Part shown: piece after piece, positions 14,958-28,785 of the stretch
Numbering within the stretch: the stretch's first letter is position 1
Layout of the letters: each line of letters starts with the position of its first letter
Source of the DNA: the human T2T-CHM13v2.0 reference genome, Homo sapiens
Length of the DNA: 64,000 bases
Assembly: GCF_009914755.1 (NCBI RefSeq)
Contig: NC_060934.1
Strand: one strand, 5' to 3'
Notes under the pieces: model-generated
Seen by the model: the letters and a program-made list of their open reading frames with translations, nothing else
Database searches by the model: none
What the model was told of the DNA's origin: nothing
Program-made: the position numbers and the translations under genes

Positions 14958-16032
14958 CTACCATTCAGCAAATGTTTCCTGAATAAACTAAGTCACCTGA
15001 TGAGGATTCAAATAAACTTTGTTTTTTATGTTATATATTTTAAAACATTTTCAAGCTTCTATCACTAAATTAGATGAAAAGGCTACCACTGTTAACATCA
15101 AACACCAAGCTGATATGTAGCAAAAGGATATTTAATGTTTTCCCCAACTGTTTATTTGGCACAGCAACGATAATGTAACCAAACCCATCTGTTTCCTCTC
15201 GTCCAGGGATTTCAAACGCTGACCAAAAACGCTTTGTGCTGAACTTCTAATGACTCCTGACTTATCTTACCTGTTCTTTGTCAAAAACCTGTTAAAAATT
15301 TTAATACATATGAATAAAGTACTAGGATACAACCTGGAATAAGAATAGAGTTCTTATATAAAAGTCAAGACCTTGGAAACAAAAAGATAAGTTTCTTGGC
15401 TGCTTATCTATTCGCATGACATGTGAATAGCTGGGTTGTTTAAAACTCTATGCTTTTACTATGTATGTTTTAAAAAACTTGATCTTAACCAGGAATTATA
15501 TAATTATAGACTCTGAGCTAAAAGTAACTCAAATAATTTATCAATTTCATTATCCAACTTTCAGAGAAGATCTATAAGAGCCTGCTGCAATTTTAAAGTT
15601 TAAAAACTAAAGATTTACATTTTATATATTCACATCAACACTTTTTAAAAATGACATTGCTTATTCGAGGTCAGCTGATGTTATCTACCTTGATATTTAA
15701 AACTCCCCTATCTCAAGTTTTCCATTCCAACTGACAATTATGAATTCATTTTCATTACTTTCTGCAATCTGGAGCAGTAACTGTCCTACCTGCACTGCAT
15801 ACAACCACTTCATGACACCTGCAATGCTGCTGTGCCTTTTAACTTTACCCTATTATTAATTCAAATAATTCTCATTGAAACAAAATTGTAGGCTTCCCAT
15901 GATTAAACATCATAATCATATAGCAATTCAAGGCCAAAGTCTATAAAACTATTTTGCTTGGGTTTAAATAATACATTTTAGAACATCCATTTAATTGAGC
16001 TTTCTATACATTGTTCCCTTTCAAAACAGTTA

Positions 16033-17105
<1,073 letters not shown>

Positions 17106-17126
17106 CATTTTAAAATAGAGTTTGGG

Positions 17127-17403
17127 GGCCGGGCACACGCCTGTAATCCCAGCACTTTGGGAGGCCGAGGTGGGCGGATCACCTTCGGGAGTTCAAGACC
17201 AGCCTGGCCAACATGGCGAAACCCCGTTTCTACTAAAAATACAAAAGTTAGCCAGGCATGGTGACGTGCGCCTGTAATCCCAGCTACTCAGGAGGCTGAG
17301 GCACGAGAATCGCTTGAACCCGGGAGACAGAGGTTGCGTGAGCCGAGATCACGCCACTGCACTCCAGCCTGGGAGACAGAACAAGAATCCGTCTCAAAAA
17401 AAA
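17127..17403 (+). mobile_element. AluS with small deletions
   Basis: TSD aaaatagagtt. Confidence 0.88.
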
Positions 17404-18853
17404 ATAGAGTTCAGCACTCTCCACAGATAAAAGACACTAATAAAAAAAACTGGCTGACTTAGCAAACAAGGATATTTGGGCTTTATTCCCTGCTTCCAGA
17501 TACTGTTGCTTTTAGTTTATTTTACAATTTTATCTGTTTATCCCATGTGATATGTAATCAGAGCTCAGGGCTTCAGCAGGAAATTTGTAACAGTCCTTTC
17601 AAACAAACTTAAAAAACAGTTTAGTAACATTATCTAATGGTGTATTAAAGCCCTGCTTTGATGCCATTTTATGATCTTAAGCACTTGCTTTCCATGTTGA
17701 AATAACAGAAGGGCTTATACAGATAATGAAATTTGACTTCGCTAAACTTCCTTTTCCTTTGAAAAAAAAAAAAAAGCCTATCATATTTGGGACAAAGTGG
17801 TGTTTCTGAATCTCTACATAATCTACTATAGTTCTACCAGGATTTAAACCCCGCAAATTCAGTCTGAAACGCAGAAGTAGCACTTATGTAAAACCAAGTT
17901 TGATTTAAATCAAATAAGTTGTTTAAAGATCAGTCCAATTCATCACTTACGACTTTACATACCGTTTTGTTTCTAAATTAGTTTCCTGTGTGTTCTATTT
18001 CACCAACTAGATCATACAATTTCAATCTACCCTAAATCTCAGGCTTCTCAAGATATGAAACCACACAGATTAATTTCTTAAGTATTTTATATATATTAGC
18101 TTTTGTCCAGCCTCCTAAGGAAACTCTAAATTCCTTAAAGGCAAGGACCTCGTCTTAAGCTTCAACACTTCACAGAGACCCCACAACTGAAATGTGTTTC
18201 TCAAGGTCTAAGGCGTGACCTTAGACTAGTCAAGCTACAATAATATACTGTATATATTATTAAGGTATGTATATATGTGTGTGTATCAAGTTTATATCTA
18301 TATATCTTTATACCGCTACCATCTATTTTTCTTTTATACTTCATTTCCAACACATAATATGTTGACTACCCCCAAATCTTTAAGAACTCCCAATTTTCTT
18401 CAGAATAACCCCCAAACACCTTCCTATGGATTTCAAAGCTCTTTGTCAACTTCCCCATCTACCCTTTCTAGCCTGAGCATCAGATGCCAACACACCAGTT
18501 ACTTAAAGCTCTTCTTCCACCCCTCTGCTGTTGCACCTCCAGGCCTCTGCTGTCTCTTGGATTGCTATCCAGTCTATGAAAAATCTGCTACACTTTTAAG
18601 TCCATGTCAAGAGCCATCTTCTGTATAGACCCTTCCTTTTCAGAATTTCTCTTTTTTAAATCCCTTCATAGCACTTTGTCTAATACTATACCCCTTATCA
18701 CAGCTTGACTTATATGGTGCCTAAGACATGCCTTCTCTCCTCGTATTAATTCTCTGATGTTTGCAACTGTTTATGTGTGACTCACCTACCAAAGCACTGT
18801 GCTTGTATCCCCTTCACCCTTTACATAAAAACCACTCAATAAACGCTTGCTAG

Positions 18854-18967
18854 GGATGACACATTGACAGGTGTAGCAAACCACCATGGCACTTGTCTAC
18901 CTATATAACAAACCTGCACAATCAGCACATGTATCCCAGAACTTAAAGTAAAATTTAAGAAAAGTAA
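18854..18967 (+). mobile_element. Severely 5'-truncated L1PA (~115 bp)
   Basis: gcaaaccaccatggcac...catgtatcccagaacttaaagt; 16-bp TSD aataaa(c/t)gcttgctag at 18838 and 18968. Confidence 0.88.
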
Positions 18968-19692
18968 AATAAATGCTTGCTAGATTGAATTACTCTTATC
19001 TTGAATTCCCCAAAACACCAAGAATGGTATGGGGCATATAGCAGTTAATCAATAAATAATGTTACTTGATAGAATATACATTCCTGGGGCAAAGATTCAG
19101 ATGCTCAATGACTGATTTTAGTGGCAGTGAAGTGATAGATCATCACCAAAAAAAGTTTATTCTCTAAATTGTTCCTACACTGAATTGGGCTTAAGTAACA
19201 GATGCTTTAATGTACCAAAACAATTAGCTGAGTGTTTAAATATATTTTTATTTCCAGTGTTCCTTCTGGAATAAAACTATTTTCATCTGAGGAATACACA
19301 TAAAATAATTTTGGAAGTCAATTCTTAGAATGTACATGGATTTTTGTCACTGTTTATTAAAGATTCATTCAAGTATTCATCACTTATGTGAACTGTCCCT
19401 GGGCAGACACTGGAAAAGGTACTGAATCATCAATAAGATACAGGCTCTGACCTTAAGTGTTTACAGTATACTAGGGGAAGGATCTCAAAGGAATCTAGGT
19501 TTGATGCTTCAGAAAAACTGGTACTAATTATCTTGATATTGATGAATTTAGAAGTTCTTTAAAAAGTACTCTTTTAAATTCAGATTTAAATGTTTATGTT
19601 TCAATGTGTACTAAAAACAAAGGTATAACAATATTTAGAAAGCCATTTTTATTCATGCAAACAGCAAAAGAACATAACTAGATGCTATGAGT

Positions 19693-19856
19693 CAGGGCTG
19701 GGACTAGGGTGAGTAAAGAGAGGTTTTCTAGAGCAAAATTTCATGAGGCCACTCGCTCTCAGGGTCCTGTAAATACAGGGTCAGCCTTAAAAAGGAGTGC
19801 CTCTTTAAATTCATCACCCTAGTCACCTCCTCTGCTTTACCTGAGCTCTGGCCCAG
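19693..19856. mobile_element. hAT MITE, MER91A-like
   Basis: Imperfect palindrome cagggctgggactagggtgag...ctctggcccag; 8-bp TSD ctatgagt/ctatgaat. Confidence 0.75.
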
Positions 19857-20205
19857 CTATGAATGTTTAAGAAATTAGTAATTTTGTGTTATACCTGGTT
19901 GCGTATACTTGGTATACTCCACAACAAATGCTTTATAAATTATTTCTGATTTATAGAAAATGGAACTTTGAAATTATGGAGGGAATGCATTATGATGCAA
20001 AGGGAATATGTTTACTTTTGGGAGGAAAGAGTAGATACTTAGGGAAAAGGAGAAATGAAACAGAATTAGCACATTAAAATGATTGCCAAGTTAAAAGCTT
20101 TCAAGTGTTCAGATTGGAAGTAATTCTCATGACTAAACTGTTCTACTGTTATTTATAACCATTAACTTATGCTTTTGTTAACTTCAAATAACTTGTATTG
20201 GCATC

Positions 20206-20566
20206 TGTAATTGTCCATTCTCACGCTGCTATGAAGAAATACCCAAGAGTGGGTAATTTATAAAGAAAAGAGGTTTAATTGACTCACGGTTCCGCATGGC
20301 TAGGGAGGCCTCAGGAAACTTACAATCACGGCTGAACGCACTTCTTTACAGAGCGGCAAGGAAGAAGACGAGTGCCCAGCGAAAGGGGGAAGCCCCATAT
20401 AAAGGCATAGGATCTCGCGAGAACTAACTCACTATCATGAGAACAGGATGAGGGAAACCAGTCCCAGGATTCAATTATCTCCACCTGGTCCCTCCCAGGA
20501 CACATGGGGATTATGGAAACTACAATTCAAGATGAGATTTGGGTGGGGACACAACCAACCCTATCG
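20206..20566 (-). mobile_element. THE1 solo LTR
   Basis: gctgctatgaagaaatacccaag...gatgagatttgggtggggacaca. Confidence 0.9.
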
Positions 20567-21022
20567 TTTTTCTAAGATCAATACCAAATGAACTAAATGA
20601 ATAAAAAAACAGTAAGTTACAAGCTAATATCGACACTCTAAGACAGATTGTTTTGGAGATTAGCACCTGAAGATTATTTTCTTAATTCCTTAGTGTAGTT
20701 ATTGATGGTTATTCAAGACTGAATAAGGAAATTCTGGATGCACTTGAGCCATGGGAATACAACTCATTTAAATTTTAAATTTGAATGAAATTTAAAATTG
20801 AAATTAAAATTAAATTTGTTGTCCAAAAGAGAAATTTCATATTTAGGTACATTATTAAATATAGACTAAGTGATAATTTAAATGTAAAAGGCATTGACAT
20901 TAAGTAAGAAAGGTTTTCCCATTAGATCAAAGTTAAAACAATTTGAAATCAGTCTTTCAAGTGTCACTACACCTGGTAATAAAATGTTCAATGTCAGATA
21001 AGCTTGTAAAGAAGCTTTCTGA

Positions 21023-21300
21023 AGGCCGGGCGCAGTGGCTTACGCCTGTAATCCTAGCATTTTGGGAAGCCGAGGCCAGCAGATTGCCTAAGCTCAGGAG
21101 TTTGCGACCAGCCTGGGCAACATGGTGAAACTCCGTCTCTACTAAAATACAAAAAATTAGCCGTGCACCTGTAGTCCCAGCTACTTGGGAGGCTGAGGCA
21201 GGAGAATTGCTTGAACCTGGGAGGCAGAGGTTGCAGAGCTGAAATCGCGCCACTGCACTCCAGCCTGGGCCACAGAGCAAGACTCCATCTAAAAAACAAA
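21023..21300 (+). mobile_element. AluS
   Basis: TSD gctttctgaa. Confidence 0.9.
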
Positions 21301-22574
21301 AATGCTTTCTGAAAAGTTCCAAGTAAATATAAAGCAAAACATTTCCCCCACCTTGGCTTGATTCTACTTCCCCTTCTCTCCACATATTTTAGGATGTTAA
21401 GAGCTGCCAGATATTTTGGGTTGGTGGTAGGTTTCTTTTTCTTTCATTTCGCTTAAAAATGGAAAATTTTTACCTACCAAAATGTTGTATCAGAACTAAG
21501 AATTTCATATATGCTGTCAATAGAACCTAGAAAAGTTTAGTTGTGGTTGTGACTTATTTATAACACTATTTGGTATGTCCCTTAAATGAGGTACTTAATT
21601 TGGTATGTCCAGCAATAGCGGGACATTATTCCAAGCTGCCACAAATGATGATTTTCACGTAGAAAGATGTTTTTGCATAGAATAATAAAAAGGCTGAGGC
21701 TGAGGCTGCTCTTGAAATAACATGCTTGGATTTTCAAAAACGTTCAAAATCATAAAAAATCTTTTTACCTATGAAAAATGACAATTCTAGTGGGAAAAAT
21801 CATTCAATTAATAAATAAAAATAACCCCAGACGACTTGACTATCTCCCTTATGTTAAGAATATCTATAATTACAGAAATATAAAGTTTTTCTAATTATAA
21901 CTCTTAATAGCTTACAAAAAGTTTAAAACATCAAGACAAGCTAAAATATTTTAAATTTGTAATTTAACTGAGAACATAAACACTACCACTGTGCCCCCCA
22001 AAAGCTGCTATTCTTCTAAATGTGATCCCCTATAATTCTTACCTCTACAAAGTAAAATCCAAACCCATGAAATAAAGTTCATGGAGAATACTATCCTTCT
22101 GATTGTTACTGAAAATGTTCCATGACTATTTCTATGAAAACATTAAGAAATTCCTTAATTTCGTTGCTAGAGCTAATGCAAGAATACACAAATACACACA
22201 TGCATACATTCATTGTACTAGCTATTGTCTTATTTAGACCACATAAAAAGATCTTTAATATGCATTGGCTGCAAATTTTCACTTTGGATCAACTATTCAG
22301 TCTATGTTGGAGAGATTAGGATCCATAAATAAATTCTATAATCTCACTTTACATAAAACACTGCAACTTAAACTTTTAGTTATCTGATGTCTTAAGTTGA
22401 ATAGTTCAGATAAACATGCAAACTTTTCTGCATCCTCTATTGGGTGATTATCTAAGCTTTTTGAATTGTCTTGTTCAAAGCCACAAGTTGAATTATTTTC
22501 ACTGAGATTCTGTAAAATTTCATGAATGTCACAGCTATAAATCCTAAAATCCAAAAGCAAAACACACGATAACC

Positions 22575-24550
22575 TCAAGGAAATGAGCCAATTCTTTAAA
22601 GACACAACCTGTCAAAACTCACACAAGAGGAAATAGACAATCTGAATAGGCCCATATCAATTAAAGAAATTCAATTAATAATGAACAACCTTCCAAAACA
22701 TGAAGTACCAGGCTCAAATCAGTTCACTGGTGAGTTCTACTAAACATTTAAGGAAGAAATTACACCAATTCTTTACAATCTCTTTCAGAAGATAGAAGCA
22801 GAGGAATATTCCCTAATTCATTCTAAAAGGCCAGCATTACCCTATTACCAAAATTGGACAAAGTGATTATAAGAAAACTCTAAACCAATATCTCTCATTA
22901 ACATAGATACAAAAACCCTTAACAAAATATTACAGCAAGTCCAACAATGTGTAAAGAGTTATAAATCATAATCAAGTGGGATTTATCCTAGGTATGCAAA
23001 GCTCGTTTGAAAATCAATTAACGTAATGTATCACAACAAAAGACTGAAGAAAAGCCACAAGATCATAGATGCAAAAAAAAAAGCGTTTTACAAAATCCAG
23101 CACCCATTCATGATAAAAACTTTCAGTAAACTAGGAATAGAGGGTAACTTCCTCAACTTAAAGAATATCTAAAAAGAGCCCTACAGCTAACATCATATTT
23201 AATGGTGAGAAACTAGCAGCTTTCCCACTAATATTGCGAATAAGGCAAATATGTCCCCTCTCACCCCTCTTTTTCAATATTATACTGGAAGTCTTAGCTA
23301 ATGCAATGTCAAGAAAAGGAAGTAAAATGTATACAGATTGAGAATGAAGAAATAAAACCATCTTTGTTCACAAATGATGTAACTGTCTATATAGGAAATC
23401 AAGATTATACAAAGGTTGAAGAATACAAGCTAGTATACAGAAGCCAGTTGCTTTCCTACATACCAGCAATGAACAAATGCAATTTGAAATTTAAAACATG
23501 TTACAATTTACATTAGCAGAAAAGAAATGAAATAGTTAGGTATAAATCTAGCAAAATGTACACAAGATCTATATTAGGAAAACTATAAAACTGATGAAAT
23601 AAATCAAAGAAGAACTAAATAAATGGAAACATTCCATGTTTATAGGTAGGAAGACTCAATATTGTTAAGATGACAGTTCTTCTCAACTTGATCTACAGAT
23701 TCAGTACAATCTTAATGAAACTCCCAGCAAGTTATTTTGAGGATATTGACAAACTGATTCTAAAGTGTATATGGAGAGGCAAAAGGCCAAGAAAAACGAA
23801 TATAATACTGAAGGAGAAAAAAGTTAGAGAACTGACACTACCTGACTTAAGACTTAAAATAAAGGTACAGTAATCAAGAGAGTGTGGTATTGGTGAAAGA
23901 ACAAATAAGAGTCCAGAAATAGACCCACATAAATATATTTGGTTGATCTTTGTCAAAGGAATGAAAGCAATGCAATGGAGAAAAGATAGTCTTTTCAACA
24001 AATGATGTTGGAACAACTGGACATCCACATGCCAAATAATAAATTTAGAAACAGACCTTACACTATAACTCAGAATGGATCACAGATCTAAGTGTACAAC
24101 ACAAAACAATAAAACTCCTAAGAGACATTATAAAAGAAAACCTAGATGACCTTGTGTATGAAGATGAATTTTTAAATACAACACCAAAGGCATGATCCAT
24201 TAAAGGAATAATTGATAAGACAGACTTCATTAAAAACTTTGGCTCTCCAAAAGACATTGTACACTGTAGGCCAGGCACGGTGGCTCACGCCTGTAATCCT
24301 AGCACTTTGGGAGGCTGAGGCGGGTGGATCACCTGAGGTCAGGAGGTCGAGACAAGCCTGGCCGACATGGCGAAACCCCATCTCTACTAAAAATACAAAA
24401 ATTAGCCAGGCGTGGTGGTGGGCACCTATAGATCCAGCTACTCGGGAGGCTGAGGCAGAAGAATCACTTGAACCCAGGAGGCAGAGGTTGCAGTGAGCCA
24501 ATGTTGTGCCACTTTACTCCAGCCTGGGTGAAAGACGGAAACTCCGTCTC

Positions 24551-24581
<31 letters not shown>

Positions 24582-26295
24582 CATTGTACACTGCTAAGAG
24601 AATGAACAGACAAGCCACAAACTGGGAGAAAATATTTGCAAAAGATATATCTGATAAAGGACTGTTACCCAAAATAAACAAATAACTCTTAAAACTCAAC
24701 AATAACCAGGTGCAGTGGCATGCTCCAGTAGTCCTAGCTACTCCAGAGGCTGAGGCAAGAGGACAGCTTGAGGCCAGGAGTTTGAGGCTGTACTGTGCTA
24801 TAATCGCACCTGTGAATAGCCACTGCACTCCTGCATGGGCAACCTAGTGAGACCCCATCTCTTAAAAATAAAATAAAATAGCAACTCAAAGTACTGTATT
24901 TTTTTAAAAAAAATAAGAAAAATTAAAATACAAATTTAAAAACCCTCAACAATAAGAAAATGGACAGCCCAATTAAAAAGTGAGCCAAAGATCTGAACAG
25001 ACACTTCATCAGAGATATATAGACGGCAAATAAGCAGATGAAAAGATGTTCCGTATCATATGTCATTAGGGAAATGCAAATAAAAACAAAAATGAGATAT
25101 CGCTATGCACCTAAGAGGATGACCAAAATCCAGGAAACTGACACCAAGTGCTAGTGAAGATGTGGAGCAACAGTAATGCTCATTAGTTGCTGGTGGGAAT
25201 ATAAAATTGTATAGCCACTTTGGAAGACAGTTTGGCATTTTCTTATAAGAGCAAACATACTCTTATCAAGGACTGAGGTTGCTGGGTAGTATATTTACCC
25301 AAAGGTGTTGAAAACTTAGCCCACAGAAAAGCCTGGATCAGGATGTTTATAGCAGCTTTATTCCTCATTGCCAAAACTTGGAAGCAATCAAGATGTCCTT
25401 CAGTAGATGATGGATAAACAAACTGCGATACATCCATACAAAGGAATAGTACTCAGTGCTAAAAATAAATGAGCTATCAAGCCACAAAAAGATATGGAAG
25501 ACCCTTAAATATTACAAAGTGAAAAAAACCAATCTGAAAAGGATACCTATTGTATGATTCCAACTACATGACATTTTAGAAAAAGCAAATATGGAGATAG
25601 CAAAAAGATCACTGTTTGCCAGGGGTTTGGGGGGATGGAAAAATGAATAAGCAGAGAAAAAAGGATTTTGGGGACAGCAAAAATTTTGTAGGATATTACA
25701 ATGATGGATATGTCATTATACATTATACAAACCAAGGAATGTAGGACACCAAGAGTGACCTTAATGTAAATTGTGGACTTTGGGTGATTATGATGTGTCA
25801 ACGTAGGTTCATCTCTTGTCACAAATGTACCATTCAGGTGAGCAATGTTGATCACGGGGGAGCTAAGCATGTGGGGGTGGCAGGAAGTATATGGGAAATC
25901 TCCATACCTTCTACTCAACTTTGCTGTGAACCTAAAACTGCTCTAAAAAATAAAGTCTTGGGCCGGGTGCGGTGGCTCACACCTGTAATCCCAGCACTTT
26001 GGGAGGCCAAGGCAGGCGGATCATGAAGTTGGGAGTTCGAGACCAGCCTGGCCAACATAGTGAAACCCCGTCTCTACTAAAAATACAAAAAATTAGCTGG
26101 GCATGGTGGTGGGCACCTGTAATCCCAGCTACTCGGGAGGCTGAGGCAGGAGAATCACTTGAACCCGGGAGGTCTCCCGGGAGGTTGCAGCGAGCCATCG
26201 CACTACAGCCCAGGTGACAGTGCGAGACTCCATCTCAAAAATAAATAAATAAATAAATAAAATAAAATCTATTAAAAACAAACAAAAAAAACAAA
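22575..26295 (+). mobile_element. Old L1 (L1MC-like) ORF2 and 3'UTR with nested Alus (24269-24579, monomer 24704-24880, 25960-26265)
   Basis: Degenerate ORF2 peptides in track; 3' end cctaaaactgctctaaaaaataaagtc; Alu TSD aaaagacattgtacactg. Confidence 0.88.
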
Positions 26296-26299
26296 AGAC

Positions 26300-26415
26300 A
26301 CCAGAGCAAATTTTATATTAATTTTATTTAAGTATACACGTCATATAAAAGTTTCATCTCATAATTTTAAAGACACATAATTACTTATATATATAATGCT
26401 TCAAACTACTTTATT
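26300..26415 (-). terminator. DCLRE1A: DCLRE1A polyadenylation signals
   Basis: AATAAA on minus strand at 26415-26410 and 26328-26323; the second is followed by a GU/U-rich tract (TGGTGTCTTTTGTTTTTTTTGTTTG), implying cleavage near 26300. Confidence 0.75.
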
Positions 26416-26733
26416 AATTATCATTAATCCTTTTGGTCCCTGAATCTGCCTTTGCTTCCTCTTCTAAGGCTTGATGCAGAATATAACTGCCCATGGAGGG
26501 CAGGGGACAAGAAATTAAGGGTCCCAGGGAGACCCAGTTTCAGTTATCCTTGATGATGCTGAGAGGCATTCAGCACCACGAACATGTTGTTCAAACATAA
26601 ATGAGAAAATAAAGTATCTGAACAATCTTCATGAGGTTTTTCCACACAAAGTGTATTTCACATTTCTATAGATTTAACTACTAACAAGCTACATCCAAGG
26701 AACTTAACTACTACTGAATCCTCGGAGGTATCA

Positions 26734-26894
26734 TCAATATCCAGCTTCCAATTTCCACTCTCTAAAATATTTCTCCATTGTGCTCCTAGATTTCCAGGTG
26801 CCCACATTTACAGTAGGTATGATTTTCTGGGGCTTCAGCCACTGGACAAAGCGCTTCATTTCTAGGTAGCTGCTGTGTTCACTGTAAGGAATTC
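26734..26894 (-). CDS. DCLRE1A: DCLRE1A coding exon 9 (terminal; YSEHSS motif)
   Basis: ttacag|GA ATT CCT; GIPYSEHSSYLEMKRFV...IIPTVN...KLEAGY then TGA TGA; total CDS 3123 nt = 1040 aa. Confidence 0.97.
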
Positions 26895-27095
26895 CTGTAA
26901 CAAAAAATAAACGAATTTGTACACTAAAATCAAACTAATTTAAACTTTCACAATCCTAAAATAAAATAGAATAAAACAAAAGAGAAAAGCAATCCACAGT
27001 ATTTTTGTCAAAAACCCCTCAGTGCTTTAGTTCTGAAAAGAAAACTTGTTGATATCTTTTATGAATAATAAAGATTAAGACATTAAAATGATACC

Positions 27096-27804
<709 letters not shown>

Positions 27805-28643
27805 GATATGAAACTTAGAACATTCAAAAATCGATTACCTTATTGCGTGTATACTTAATAACATGCATTTCCAGAGAGTCCTATTTAATTAGGTTTTTCT
27901 TATTAAACAATTCTTCCTTTAGACACTTTACTTAGCTACAGGTTTCAGGAAAATATGGAAGAAATATGAGTCAAATGTGAAGAATAACAAGCAGGAGACT
28001 CTCACTTCCAGAGCAGGTAAGCAGATTTGTCCCCAAGCTTTGCACACATAAAAAAATAGGAAAAAAAGAAAAAATAACACACCGTTTATCTTCTTTGTTG
28101 AAGATCAAGTACCACAGAGAAAGGTGAAAAGGGTCCTATTTTCAGTATACTAGGGTCTTCAGAGGCTGAGGGTAAATCACTGGTCTGGTGACACCCCAAA
28201 CATGTTTCCATCAGCTGTCACTGCAATAAGCCAACTCAGAAGGCAGTAGTAAACCTCCCTCAAGGATGAAAACAGGCAAGTCTGTATCTCCTGCTGTCAC
28301 CACATCTAACCCATCATCTTCCCGCTCCCAATCTCACATTGTCATCTATACTTCCAGTATACAACCACAGTAGTCCTTTCAAGTTAATTCTGCGATTTCC
28401 TCTCAATATCACTGATCACAAAGTGAAATGATCTGTATTCATTAATGTCTATCTACTAGTCAAGCTCCTTTATATCAGTTTACAATGGACTAGATACAGG
28501 ATTAGAGTTGTAGAGAGATGAAAACTCTTGAATTATTAAATTCTTTGGTGCCTGTTTTTGTTGGATTTGAACCTTATTACATTTTTTAAAATGTAATTAT
28601 AAACATTATAAACACTAAAAGTGAGAAAATTTAATAACTATAC

Positions 28644-28785
28644 CATATATTGAAATGTTTCCTTTGGTCTGGGGAATAACATCTGCTATTCTAGTGAACT
28701 TGTTAGAGTGTGTCCATCCTGTAGGTCGAAATGCCAAAATCTGATTGTATTTCCCACCACACTTCTTCAAATGACTCTGTAAGCC
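28644..28785 (-). CDS. DCLRE1A: DCLRE1A coding exon 8
   Basis: taacag|GGC TTA; GLQSHLKKCGGKYNQILAFRPTGWTHS...GNISIY G|gtatag; 142 nt. Confidence 0.96.

Noticed and set aside
15271-15288. 18-nt microexon (taacag|GTTTTTGACAAAGAACAG|gtaaga)
   Set aside because: Splice signals are good, but protein-like sequence continues through the donor to 15040 and the next acceptor is only about 50 nt away; treated as part of a longer terminal exon, though not fully excluded.
17459-17595. Additional fossil exon candidates (DCYKFPAEALSSDYISHG... here, and EQFSHENYFQSEHLKAF near 20140-20085)
   Set aside because: Weak splice sites and ambiguous frames; left out of the core model.
17951-18031. LYDLVGEIEHTG resembles a USP deubiquitinase His box
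   Set aside because: No following GHY motif and no Cys box seen in the other blocks; not enough to assign a family.
17899-20799. AT-rich palindromes (TTTGATTTAAATCAAA at 17899-17914; 12-bp inverted repeat at 20771-20799)
   Set aside because: Short and low-complexity; plausible by chance in AT-rich DNA.
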